64,000 bases of DNA from Utricularia gibba (lineage: Eukaryota; Plantae; Magnoliophyta): assembly GCA_002189035.1 (NCBI GenBank), contig CM007991.1, positions 2,046,001 through 2,110,000 of the forward strand. Reading direction: 5' to 3'. The position numbers and the translations under genes are program-made. The number at the start of each line of letters is the position of its first letter. Within the stretch, counting starts at the first letter, position 1. The notes under the pieces are model-generated. The model was not told the DNA's origin and made no database searches. It was given only the letters and a program-made list of their open reading frames with translations. Shown one piece after another: positions 1-12,581 of the stretch.

Positions 1-405
1 TACTGCATGTATACACTGTGCCTGTCATTCTTCAGGAGCTTCTTGATTTACACTTTCTGTAGTTTTTGTATGAACTCAAGAAAAACAGCAACACTGCAAA
101 GTTCATGGCTAAAGGACAGAAGCAGAACACTTGTAACTTGAAAAATCATTGGTACTGTACAGAGAGGGAGCAAAATTTGACTTTTTTTCCCAATGTTCAA
201 CCTACACTGTATATAGAGAGATACATACATAGCATTATCAACACAAGAGAATATAGCTATTTTCAGTTAGGCCGAATGTACGCTAGAACTAAGCAAAATT
301 TGTGTTCTGTGAGGGCCATGCTGCTAACTACTAGAGATCAGCCGAGGGGCGGGAAAGCTCGGAGAAATCTTCATTTACCGTTGTGCAGGGATGCTACATT
401 TGAGA

Positions 406-3400
406 CTAAGCCATCTCCAGTAGTTTCACGTTTCCCACAGAGTTCGCTGCTATCAAGGTGGATGAATTCCCACGCCAGCATACAGATGATATGAATACAC
501 TGGAGTTATCCACTTCGTTGCTGGAGGGTGAATCTGCGAATTTAAATGACAGGGCGGGCATGGGGAAAGCCTTGTGGTACACAAAAACCTGCACTCCAGA
601 AGTTGTTGGTCAAAGATAAAAAAAAATATAACAGTTGATTTCCTTGAAAAAAAAACTGAATCGAGTGTAAGATGAAAAGGGTGCATCATATACCTCATTT
701 GTTTCTGAGCCGGTAGCAATATAACCATCGGATACAGATAAGCCAACAAAATTCTGAAACATAATCACAGTTTAATGTAACACTCAATACTAACCACAAA
801 ACCAGTTTTGCTTAGAAAATAAAAGCAGAGAAAAAAAGGATGGGTGAAGGAAACAATAAAATTACACTAAGGCAACGAATAAATCTCTGAATTACAAGAG
901 TACCTTCACATTCAAATGGCCGGTATAAGACTGCACAGGGCAGTCAAGCCTTCCAGACGAGGCCATGGACAAATCCCACAACTTTAATGTGTTATCCGTA
1001 GAAGCAGATACCAGCATTGTGGAATCAATGAACTTCACATAGCTCACAGTTTTCTTGTGGCCAACCAGAGTACATAGGGGCTGTTTTGAATTACGAAGAT
1101 CGTAATAATAGATCTTATGATCAGCTGACCCGAATGCAAGTGAACGACTAGAGTCTGTGGGGAACTGGACACAGCAAATATTGGCCCTTGTTTGAATGGT
1201 ACTTACACTTACTCCCTGCAGTAGCAACCCATTTATAGGGAAAAAAGAGTCACTAGACAAGTGATACGGTGATCTATACAACTTATAATCAGATGCTTTG
1301 GTACATTTAGGCGCAAAGCTGACTTCGACCATGTACAAAATCAAAATTACCTGATTGATATTCCAGAGCTTGACAGATCCATCATCACCCCACTAGCCAG
1401 CATCAATGGATCTGCTGTTGAAAAGTCAACAGACCAGACTCGCTTTTGATGTTCTCTCATTTCTGTAAAGGCTTGACTGCGAGTAATATCCCATACCTGA
1501 TAAAAAGAGGAGGCAAAACTCTTGATAATAAGGGCGTGGTAAGAAATCACATGTATCCAAAGCTTAGCTTACCTGCACCACACCTTCAAAGTTACTGGAA
1601 GCAATTTGATTTCTAATGTAGCCATTCCAACATATACTACTGAGCTTTGATTTACTTGTCATCTCAACAATGGGATAATGAATATCTTGATCCATACTCA
1701 AGATTGAATTATATTCAAAAATCTTAATCTTCTTGTTCACACCTGCTGTAGCAAAAAACTCTCCATCACGGTCAAAACAAAGGGAGCACACTAGACTTGA
1801 TGAGTTTAAGAGATCCCCTTGATTCAAATCTGCCTTCACTTTTACCTTACCAAAGTTAAGGTATTTGCATAGTCCTTCTAGAAATGTACTCATCCATCCA
1901 CCTTGCCTCGGTTCAGTGTGCTTCTCCTTTAATTTATGATTACCCATGGAACTTCGTTCAGCTGCTACACCAAAACCATTACCATCATTATTTGTATGAT
2001 AATAATGAGTATATGGCTTTGATGTCAGCTTTACAGCTCTGTGTCTTGTCAAATAATAGGCTGATTCTATTTTTTTGAAATTACTCATCAACCGTGAGTT
2101 TTTGGATAGAATGCTCATTTGCATGCCAGGACTCTCTAATTTTTTATCTCCATCCTCATTTTCAAAAGAATCTTTAGTATCAATGTTATCGCCTTCCTGC
2201 CTGATCCTCTTTCTGGAAAATGAGCCTCTGGAATCATAATGCTCTGCGCTAACATAATTAGCCAGGTTGTTGGATGACTCTAAACCTTCCCCATATTTCA
2301 TACTGTTAGTGGCCTGCAGTTGAGACACCTCTTCAATGTCAGAAGATATTATAGCAATAGTCTCCTTCAAGCTGGCAGCCGCAGCCTGTTTTTTCTTTTC
2401 AAGCTGCAGAAGAAATTCAAGTAAGGCCTCCTGCTCCTCTAGTTTATCTCGAAGGTCATTAGCAGCTTCGCGTTCCTCTATCTCACTTCTTGGTTCATTA
2501 AGCAATTCACTTTGTAAAATTTCACTGTTGGATAGAAAATTGTGTGTAAAAATATGCAGGGAGTCACTAATGAAGTTGATTAAATCACCCGTAGAACTTA
2601 TGATAAAGTAGAAATGTGAGATAGATCAAGCCTTCAAAAAACCCTTCCCCACTATCCGAATGAATGAGATTTATCAAAAGCACAACACTCACTCGTCCTA
2701 ATGAATTATCAAGATTCATCACAAGAATTTGAACACAATAGTCATGAAGCATGATAAGAACTCACTTAATTTTTGGCCTGCAACTAGGTTCTGGATGCAA
2801 CAGCCACAAGCAGAATGAAGCTTCCTTAGGCCACTTAAGCAGCAAGTGCGGAGGGAGAATTCGGTGTCTCAAGTTTTCCATAATTGAGATTTTCTCTTCC
2901 CGAGAACTAAAAGTGCAAAATAGCTGATCACAGAGACATTTATATCAGTGCAAAGGCTTCAAATGCCAATCCATGAACATTTTGATATCACTGAATTAGA
3001 CTTAACCTCGAACAGTAGAACACCAAGTTGATAAACATCTGATGCACTACATGGCACACCAGAAACCTCCTCGGGAGAGGTATACCAATTTGATTCCAGC
3101 TGCAATATTTGTTTCATAGGAAAATAATGCTCCTTTTCGCCAATATGGTCATCATCAGAAGTTTCTAAAGCTTGTGTAGCTTGACCTGGACATGATTGCA
3201 AACAGCTCATTTCTGTGTTGATTTGTGAGGCAGTATTCCGGTTCCTTTCAAGCCAGATATCAACTGGATCCCGCTCATCTCCTGAATGCGCCTCTGAGTG
3301 CGATACATTAGGCATTGGAGGAGAATCACCTCCTTTATACATGTCCATTGGACCGTTTGGTCCATATTCTTGAGAATCTGAACCTGTATCTGAACTCGAG

Positions 3401-3843
3401 GCAGATTCTATGAAAGAAACTCGGTTAAATGAGGACATGACAAAGCAAGAAGGCCGCACATTGCGCACAATGATTCCCTCGGAGTGAGCTAATTTCACTA
3501 CATGAACAATTTGAGAAAAAATGTGGATACATTCAAGTGCATCCACTGACCTTTCCAAATCATCTAACCATTGCCTTAAACTTATCTCACCACATTCTAC
3601 AGCCCGGACAATGGATCCTTCGCCATCCCCAACACTATCATCTCTCTCCCTACTCAATTCAGGCCATTGGGTTATCCCTCTCCCTTTTATCACAGTAGCA
3701 AGTTCAGAATCCTGGGATGGATTGCCATCATAGAACATAACCGTTCTTGTTCCAACAATTCTTGGATTTCTAAGTGAAAATGAAGAATTTAACCCTCTTG
3801 CGCTATCAGACTCTTGCCAGCCAGACGGGGTCGTGCGTTCCAT
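406..3843 (-). CDS. SPA3: SPA3/SPA4-type protein (kinase-like, coiled-coil and WD40 domains; COP1 partner in light signalling)
   Basis: Seven exons reconstructed: 3843-3007, 2923-2766, 2524-1573, 1496-1351, 1215-904, 753-694, 588-406. Motifs: VRNVRPSCFVMSS, WYTSPEE, KWPKEASFCLWLLHPEP, FDRDGEFFATAGVNKKIKIF, LAFGSADHKIYYYDLRN, C-terminal ANSVGNVKLLEMA*. One base is missing at 1388-1391. In-frame upstream ATGs lie at 3885 and 3897. SPA3 versus SPA4 is not resolvable by eye. Confidence 0.93.
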
Positions 3844-5451
3844 GACTACACAACAATCAGTAGGCTGCCATGAATTCAAGGGCATGCACAAAAACATAAG
3901 GAATAGACCAATCCAGGAATTTCTTGCAGTACAGAACCGCCAAAGCTATGATTATGAATCAGCACAAGAAACCACAGCAGACGAAGGCTATGGTATTCTT
4001 ACCCCACACCAACAAACTGCTGATCACAAAAACTCCTAAAAACCACCACAAGGAGTTTCACAATTCAAGCATGTAACCTTAAACTAACCCACCAAAGAGC
4101 AAGCAAGAAAAGTTAATTATAGAATCCAACCGTCATTCTGAAGCAAGAATCAAGGAGGTGGGAAACTGAAAAGGAACAAAGAAAAGTTGTTCACAAAAGA
4201 AGGGGAGAAACGCGGAGGGTGGACGACTACTACCCACACAAACAGATACTATTCTCTATCGCCTCACGAGACACAGAAACACCTATATTTTTTTTATATA
4301 TATATTTGCTCCTGCGTGAGAGGCCGCAGCTTCACAAATTCTAAAATACCCCAGCAAAAAAAGAAAAACGAGAAAAGAAGAGTCTAAGAAACGAAAACAC
4401 AAGAATACTCTGTCATCAAGCTGCATTGAAGCCTCAAAATTTAAATGTAGAAATACAAAACAAGGGCAATTAAAAATGCTCATGTTCCCCATCGCCATTT
4501 TCGTCAAAAGCCCTAACCAGACTTCCACCTTACCGCCGCTCGCAGCCACTCAAAAACAGGGAGACGTGGCTCATTCTAAACCTCAAGCTCACTCCTTTAT
4601 TTTATATGCCAACTTTTTACATCGACATAAAGCACAACTAGAACAGAAAACAAGAAGCAAATGAGAAGTAGCAGCGGCCTTACACAGAAATCATCCATCC
4701 CACGATTCTCTTTCCATTCAGATGAAGCAAATTTAACTGCAACTTGGTCACAAATGCAACCTGCAACTCAAATTCAGTTAATTTCACAACCCATAGAACA
4801 CGGCCCAACCTTTTACGCCTGCCAAGTAACGAATCGCATATTGTTCCAGTTTCATCGCATTCGGACGACGATTTTGATAAGGAAGTGAAGAGAAACAATA
4901 AATAACTATCCCACACAAAAGGCAACCCTTAATCCAGAATCACAGTGAAGGGACAAGAAACCAACAACGAACCCACCAATACACCTCTCAAAAAGCCTAC
5001 CAAATTCCCGAAACGAAAAATGAACAGCCAGGGGACAGGGGAATAGAAAGTTCCCTTATAAAAAGATAAAAATTTGTATATTTCACATTAAATTCATTAA
5101 TAAAAAGGGTTTTATTTTCTACTTCAACAAAGTATCTTTTGGATCTTATCCTTTTTAGATGCAGAGTGCTGACTATTGGTGGAGGGAGGGGCCGGTTAAT
5201 AGTGAGCTGAATCCGGTGAAGACGCAGCTGCTTGTCGATTATTAGGAGTAGTATCGAGCTCTCAACTTCGTCGTCTGAACTCTGAAGCCACGAAATTGGC
5301 GTCATTTTTATCAGTAACCTTCATCGCCGTTTATAATTCCAGAATACCACTTCTGGGGTACTGTAAAGCTGTTTCCTTTCACTCTTTTGATAGCGATTTG
5401 AGACCGTTTTTTATCTGGGTTTAGGGGTAGTACTTGACTGAGTTTACAGAG

Positions 5452-5879
5452 ATGCGTTTTTCCCTCATCTGTGCCGTCCACTCTGCAGTGGCACTGACTT
5501 GTGGAGGCCTTATGATGTTCTATAGAGACGAGATCTCTATATTTAGCCATGGGGCAGACACTGCCACTAAGCTGGTGGATCAACTCCACATGATCAGCTC
5601 TTGATTCGAACATCTGACTCCTTTTCTGGTTTGCTTTTGTTTAGCATTGGGATTGTGTTGTTTATGGTGGCATTTGTCAAGGATAAGGATTTTCATAGCT
5701 TATTTGCTGGAGGCTGTGCGGTGCTCCATGCTGCAATGGCGATTTGGAGAATTTACTTCGAAAGGAAGGTCGAAGAAGATTTGGGGCATGACTGGGTGAG
5801 GCTGGTTGCTGGTGACATTGTTATGGGACTTTCTTGGGTGTTATTTCTGGTTCATTCAATGGGGGACAAGAGTGATTGA
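5452..5879 (+). CDS. Small plant-specific multi-transmembrane protein of unknown function
   Basis: MRFSLICAVHSAVALTCGGLMMFY...SHGADTATKL joins GSTPHDQLLIRTSDSFSGLLLF...WRIYFERKVEED if one G is restored at 5577-5578. The motif GSTPHDQLLI.TSDSFSGLLLF is recalled as conserved in an uncharacterised plant family. Confidence 0.8.
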
Positions 5880-6495
5880 TGATCATTCATTGATTGATGC
5901 TGGAACTCAAAACTCAAAGTTGCTGGATATCTTCGAAACTGTATGGAATGTGTTCTTGAGCTGTTTTGGTATAACATATGTGATCCTGCACTTTTTTATT
6001 GAACAACATTTTGTACAGCAACTCAGTAGTAGTCATGCTTACAATGGATGATAGACTTGATTCAGCCTCTTTGCCATTGAAAAAAAAAAAAAGATTTGAA
6101 TCAAGATCCAAAATGGTACAAGTTTTATTGTTAACTGATGAGAAAAGCTGCTCAGATATGAATCTTTAAATGCTATTCACCAAGAAAACGCGAATTTCTA
6201 TCACCATTTCAAACTTCTCTCCTTTCGCTTGAGCCTTTCCTATTTCTTCTGCATGATCCTTTGATCGTTTCACTGCAACTCTCGGGGCGAACACTTTGTT
6301 AGGATTTAGACCTCAATGATGTAGCAGTATTGACTTTTTATTGATTAGTGGGCGGATTTTGGTATGAGTTTTAGACTAATTAAGTTTTGTAATAACAATG
6401 GAATTTACCGAAAAATGTGCCATCTTTTGCGATGAGAATATGTGGGTCTATAAAAGTCCATTGTCCGATTCCGCGTACTCCTCACACAAGAACCG

Positions 6496-6515
6496 TAGGG
6501 TTTAAGAAAAGCCCA
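6496..6515 (+). promoter_or_regulatory. Telo-box plus site II element upstream of COX17
   Basis: TAGGGTTT (reverse complement of AAACCCTA) at 6496-6503 and AGCCCA (reverse complement of TGGGCT) at 6510-6515. This pairing is typical of plant nuclear genes for mitochondrial proteins. A long leader intron ending at about 7328-7334 probably follows. Confidence 0.4.
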
Positions 6516-7364
6516 AACTTTGTGCACCGTTGACGCGGTTGAGGCCGGAGCCGAATCAAGGTTTTGTGTTTCCTGCCCCTGGTGTACTTCATCCCGATTC
6601 GCTAAGTGGTGGGAATTGTTTCCTGTTGAATTGATGCTCCAGAAGGGTTATGGATTTCGCTTCGGGATGCTGATTTTTTTTTTTCGTTGATTGTTATTGA
6701 TGTAACATGGCAAAAGATGAACGCTATCGTTCATTTGTGAATGATTTTATCTCTTGTTTTGCATGTTTACTGGTTTTGATGCGGGATAGTTAAATGGAAG
6801 CTTGCCTTTGCTACAAATAGGAAGACGGGAGGGTAGATGTGCTGATGACGACGTATTCATTGAGTAGAAACGATGGATAAAAAATGCTTCTTTGAAGTTA
6901 AACGTTAGCGATAGATGATGGACAGGGAAAGATGTCAAGTATTCAAGTTGGGTATTTGATTGATCTGCCCGATTGAATGTATTTTCTTTTTTGATAAACT
7001 GTTCACGCTTGTCAGTTGATGCTGATTCTTTGAATAAATAGTGCGCATAGCCTGAGCGCTGACGATGTATTGTGTGAGCATTAGCATCATATTGTCCATG
7101 TTCTGAGATCTTTCGTAGGTCGATTGATTTGCGCTTCTTTGGTGGAAAAGATCTGATAAACCAACGTGTGTAATGATTGTGGACCTTTTTTGTATGCAGA
7201 GTTGAGATTTTGGGTTTTGGATTTTACTGTCAAACAGTAGATGAATATCTTTAAAAAATGTCTTCCTTCTCCTACAACTTATTGACGTCTTCTGACATTG
7301 GTTCCGTTATCCCTCCTCGTTTTGCTAGGTTCAGTTGTGAGCAGTGGTGGTGGGCCTTGAAAAG

Positions 7365-7598
7365 ATGAGCAGTTTCTTTCAACACTCTGCTTCAGTCATC
7401 CCCATTCAGTCAGAGAGGAAGGAAGACCCCCTTGTCGCATCGTCACCTGATTCAAAGCCGAAGAAGAAGATATGTTGTGCTTGCCCTGACACCAAGAAAC
7501 TCCGAGATGAATGTGTCGTCGAGCACGGTGAATCTGCTTGTGAGAAATGGATCGAGGCTCACAAAAGATGTCTTCGCGCAGAAGGATTCAATGTCTGA
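7365..7598 (+). CDS. COX17: Cytochrome c oxidase copper chaperone COX17
   Basis: Single coding exon with [45 protein letters not shown]: the CC copper site and twin CX9C motif. Confidence 0.97.
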   Translation: MSSFFQHSASVIPIQSERKEDPLVASSPDSKPKKKICCACPDTKKLRDECVVEHGESACEKWIEAHKRCLRAEGFNV

Positions 7599-8181
7599 AA
7601 CACCATTCGCATCTTTTCAGTTTTGGGGTCTCAGTATCTCATCATAAGCAGTATGGTCATGGTTCCCTGATATTCATTAGCTGTCTTTAAGCAAGACAGA
7701 GATAGGAAGTGAGCAATACTCTGTTTTGGAGTCCCAGCAATAATTGATCACGCATCTCTGGTTGTCGGTGTTTCTCACCAGCCACTACACCACCAGTTGT
7801 TGGATACTGCACAGCGGTTCCCATTTATTTGATTTTGTTTTTGTTTTGCTGTAAGCGTCTGCCATTTGATACGCGGCGGGATCAGACCGGCGATGATGGG
7901 GTTGCTCCGCCTCAAAAAAGTTACACAATCCGATTTTCCGATGACCCGTCGGCTCGTTTGATGACCTAAATCGATTTGACAACGGTTTTCTGGCGTTTGC
8001 TATTTTTTAATGAGAAGTCCTAAATCCACATTACAAATACACTTTCTTTCTGGTGATTTCTTAAGCGTGATGAGGATCAGACAGAGGGGACGTTTGGATC
8101 AACTCGTTTAGAGAACTTTTGGATCGACTGGTTTATCAATCAAGCAACAGAGGAGTGCGGTGGATTCAGCTGCAGTAGGCA

Positions 8182-11100
8182 ATGGATCGAATGCTCAAAG
8201 CAGCGCGCGCTTCGGGATCTCTTAACCTCTCGAATCGCTCTCTCAGGCAAGCTCAACATTCGCAATTTCGGAGTTTAACTACGCTTGTGTTTGGGAATGC
8301 GCATCGTTTAACCAGTTTTACTTGCATTTTTTTCGGTTGATTATGATTTATGTGTTCCATTTCTGATGCCAGGGAGGTTCCTGATGAAGTGTACCAAAGT
8401 TTGGATGCGCTTGGCCAGGACGAGAAATGGTGGGAGGTATTGCATACTTTAAGAAATTCCCTTGCAGGTGGTCGAACTGCAAAAAAATTTGTTTGAGGGT
8501 TGCTTGCAGGCGGTCGAACTGCAAAAATTGATTCTTGCTCATAATAGCATCGAAGTCCTGAAGGAAGATCTGAGAAATCTGACTATGTTGGCGGTGTTGA
8601 ATGTTAGCCACAATAATCTCACTCGCCTTCCAGCGGCTATTGGAGAGTGCGTGCTCTTTTCTTTTATAATCAAGTTACGCATGAGCTGGAAAAATGAGGA
8701 TTGGGGAATTATTCTGCGGATTTTGATATCAATTGCAGGCTTCAGTTGCTTAAGTCACTGGATGTATCTTCCAATTTGATTGCTGAGCTTCCAGATGAAA
8801 TCGGTTCAGCTACATCTCTGGTCAAGTATGTTAGTATTGCTTCCATGCCTTTAGCAGTCCTTGCAGTCTTTTCTTCTCTGTTCAAGAAACAGAAGTTCAT
8901 GAAAGGAAATATGATTGGTTTTTTCATGTTTGTTACAGGTTTGACTGTTCTAATAATCAGTTATGCTCTCTCCCTCTTTCCCTTGGACGTTGCACAAATT
9001 TATCAGAACTGAAGGTCCAGGCTCTTTCCTGATATTTTCTCCAGAATTTGCCCTTTTTTGTATGAAGTTTTAAGGTCTGATATGTGCATGCTATATTTTT
9101 GTTCCAGGCATCAAACAATAAGTTGTCCATCTTGCCAGACGAGCTTTCAAATTGTGCAAAGTTGGCCAAGTTAGATGTACAGGTCTGAGAATAACCAAGC
9201 TTGCTGGCCTTTTATTGGCTATATAATGCTGTAATTTTTTGTTTATATGATACTAGTGCTCTCGCTGACAGGGAAACAAGCTAGAAAAATTGCCAGATAT
9301 TCTGTTGGCGTCATGGGTGATGCTTACAGAACTGGATGCATGTAATAACCGACCTCTGGTTCTAGCTCTTATGTTAGTTTGTGACTGCGGATGAGCACTG
9401 AAGTGTGTTACTTTAAATTTGAAAGCAAAAAATCTACTAAGCATTCTGCCAGAGAGTATCGGATGCTTGTCACGGTTGATTCGGCTTGACTTGCACCAAA
9501 ACAGTGAGCTGTGTTACTCTATTATTTGATAGTCCAACCTGAATTCTTTGATTTAAAACTGAACTTGCACTCGAAACATGCTTTTTAGGGATTTCTTCAA
9601 TCCCATCTACAATCAAAGGCTGCACTTCGCTTATGGAGTTCTTCATTGGGTTCATCTTGACTTGATAATACATTTATTGCTATTTTTCAGATGTCATTGT
9701 TTTCCTGCTGTGTTTACATTCAAGTATCTTCGCGTTTCATCTTTACAGGAACAATGCACTGGCTTCATTGCCTGCAGAAATTGGAACGCTGACTCAGCTA
9801 GGGACATTTGATTTGCAATCAAACCAGGTGGCTATATGTATTGCAAACCTACTTAGTTTACTGATTTTATGTTTGGAGGAGATGAATGCATTGGTTCATT
9901 TGGCTACCTTTGCATTCATTGTTCCCTGAGCTGCTGACATGATTATGTTCAAACTCGATCTTTCTGTGGGTGCAGCTGAAAGAATTCCCTGTTGAGGCAT
10001 GTAGCTTGCGACTTTCGTTTCTTGATCTTTCTAATAATTCACTCTATGGTTTGCCTTCTGAGATGGGTGAGTTTGCATTTTATTTCCACTGCTGAAGGCA
10101 TGTTCTCATTTAATTGTATCTTTGTCAGTGTGCTATTTTAGATTTAACCATAATTCACTTGTTTACTGCAAATATCATTTCTATGTATTTTTATGTCATC
10201 ATTTTTTTAAAAGAGTGCGTAGTGTTAGTTCTAAAATATTTCATTTTCCCAAGGCTCTGTCTTCACCATTCTAAATCTTGATGCTGGAGAGGCCATGTTA
10301 ATTTCTATGTGATCCTTACCTTCTCAGTTAAATCTTTACTCACGAGTAAATAATAGCACCCAAAAATTTATTTAGGTTTGATGAGCACTCTTAAGAAACT
10401 CCTACTGTCTGGTAATCCACTACGAACACTTCGAAGGTATGTTCCGGTTTTTTTCTCATTCAACCCATACTCTTGTAAGAATTGGACGACTACATGTTTA
10501 AATTCAGCTCCCTGGTGCATGGACCAACGCCTGCTCTATTGAAGTATCTTCGAAGCAGAGTTCCAAATAGTGAAGGTGAAATTTTTTATGGCCATTTTAT
10601 TGCTTTTCTATTCTCTTCGTGCTTTCCTATGATAATACACGATTCTCATGCTGCGTGGTCCTCTTTTTGTTTTCAGAGTCTGCATCAACATCTGTAAAAC
10701 AAGATGCTATGGCTTCAGCTACCCGGTCTTCTCTGACTTCCAAGGTGATCACAATTAACTGAACATCTAATTGTAGGTTACATACACGCTTGAAGGATTT
10801 TTATCAGCATGAAAATCCATTGGCAGCCTGGTTTTCGCAAAAGTGTGTTACTGGTCTCTGACACGTCTTCTCGTGTGCAAATTTAGTGAAGTTGGTCTCT
10901 TGAATGTTATTTGCAGGAGCTTCTCTTGTCGAAGTTAAGCCTGCATAGTGTACCAGCAGATGTATGCAGGTCAGGGGATCTTGTGAAAGTTGATCTTTCA
11001 GAAAATTCTATTGAAGAGTTGCCCTTTGAGCTAAGTTCTTGCGTGTCACTTCAGGTCAGCATTTCATAGTTTGCATCCTGTCAAAAAAATCTATAAGGTT

Positions 11101-12059
11101 TCCATCTGAATGATGTCCATTTTTTTTCATGACAATGTGGCTTGCAGGTCTTAATATTGTCCAAAAACAAGATAAAAGAATGGCCTGCTGCTATCTTGGC
11201 TTCTCTCCCTAGGCTTCTGTGCTTGAAACTCGACAGCAATCCCCTCAGAAAGGTCAAATGGACTAAAATCTGCATTGCCTAGACTGCTTTTCCCTCATAC
11301 TGATCTGAGATCCCTTCAAATAGATCCCCCATAATGGTTTTCAAGCTGTTCCCAAGCTACAGATTCTTGATCTGAGCGGTGCTGCTGATTCATTACCCGA
11401 CAGCCCCGCCTTCTCAAGTTTAACAGAGCTGCAAGAGCTTTACCTAAGGTTGTCTTCGAGCACAGCTTTACATTATGAAGTAAAACTGCTTGATTTCTAT
11501 GCATCCTCTCGCAGAAGGATGAAAATGTCGCACTTCCCTCTGTGTATTCTAGCCTTACCAGTGCTACGGATTCTTGACTTGAGCCAAAATCTTCTCCAAT
11601 CGATCCCACCGGTCATTTCTCGTTCAGCTTCTCACAATTTTCCACATTGCAAGGTACGTGGTTACGATTTTGCTCACCAATTCTTTTCCCACAGAGCATC
11701 AAGGATCTTACTGCTTTGGCTGAGCTTCACCTGTCAGACAACAACATCACTTCTCTTCCCACAGATTTGGTTAGTTGCTACTGTTCTTCATAAAAACCCC
11801 GAGTGCCTGGGAGATTTTTTTTCTTCATGATGAACCTCACTCGTGGTGTTCCAGGGCTTTCTGGAAGACAGCCTCCAGGTTTTGAAACTAGAAGGCAACC
11901 CACTGCGGAGGTAAATACATTTTGTAGCCAGCCAATGCTGATGTCTGTTAAAGAGAATCATGGGGTGGTGGTAATGCTGATGATGCATGCAGCATTCGAA
12001 GAAGCATCTTGGAGCGAGGGACAAAAGCAATCCTCAAGTACCTCAAGGAAAGAGCATGA
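8182..12059 (+). CDS. Intracellular leucine-rich repeat protein (LRRC40 / rice PIRL6 / At3g15410-like)
   Basis: Starts [22 protein letters not shown]|[21 protein letters not shown]|[12 protein letters not shown]. About 18 short LRR exons splice in frame and the protein ends [22 protein letters not shown]. Intron 1 (8247-8372) is GC-AG. Confidence 0.92.
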
Positions 12060-12349
12060 GATGAGATGGACACTGTCACTCTGCTTGCTGTCTACCTTCT
12101 GGAAGGGTCTGTCATGTTTGTGCTCCATTCTTTTTTTCATGATGATGTTTTGTCCTAATGTTCTCTTATTTAGTTGCAAAGAAGTATTTTTATGAAAGGT
12201 TTCAAAATTTCTATTTTTTTACATAACTCTTTGGATGCAGATTTGTAACATAAAAACTTTTCAGGTTTTGAGATGAGCAATTAAGTGAAATGGTAATCTT
12301 TCAAAATAGTAAATATTCAAAAACAGGCCTAATCTACTGCATCACTACT

Positions 12350-12470
12350 ACGGGCCTACGGCCTGAAAGGGCCCATAAAAGGTGAAATTGTTGGGTCATG
12401 TAACGAGACTGGGCCGGAGCAACCTAAGCCCAGCCTGCGGCCACGTGTACGTTGTCACTGTATCACGTGG
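12350..12470 (+). promoter_or_regulatory. Site II elements and two G-box/ABRE motifs upstream of GCR2
   Basis: GGGCCT/GGGCCC at about 12351-12375; GCCACGTGT with CACGTG at 12442-12447; CACGTGG at 12464-12470, 110-140 nt before the ATG. Confidence 0.45.
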
Positions 12471-12581
12471 AATTGCCTCAGCGGTGTCCGGTGTGCTGTA
12501 TTTCAGACTGAACTCCCGGCAACGCCTTGGTTCTAGAGCTTCGAATTCGAATTTTTCTGTAACCAGGAGACCTGCAGGAAA

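Noticed and set aside
4283-4549. Cys/Phe-rich ORF upstream of SPA (MAMGNMSIFNCPCFVFL...) as a conserved-peptide uORF
   Set aside because: It lies between a good donor (G|GTAAG near 4533) and an acceptor at 3923-3924, so it is probably inside a T-rich leader intron. I recognise no homologue.
5159-5245. 28-codon ORF MQSADYWWREG... upstream of the small TM gene
   Set aside because: The transcription start is unknown and the peptide is not recognised. ORFs of this length arise by chance.
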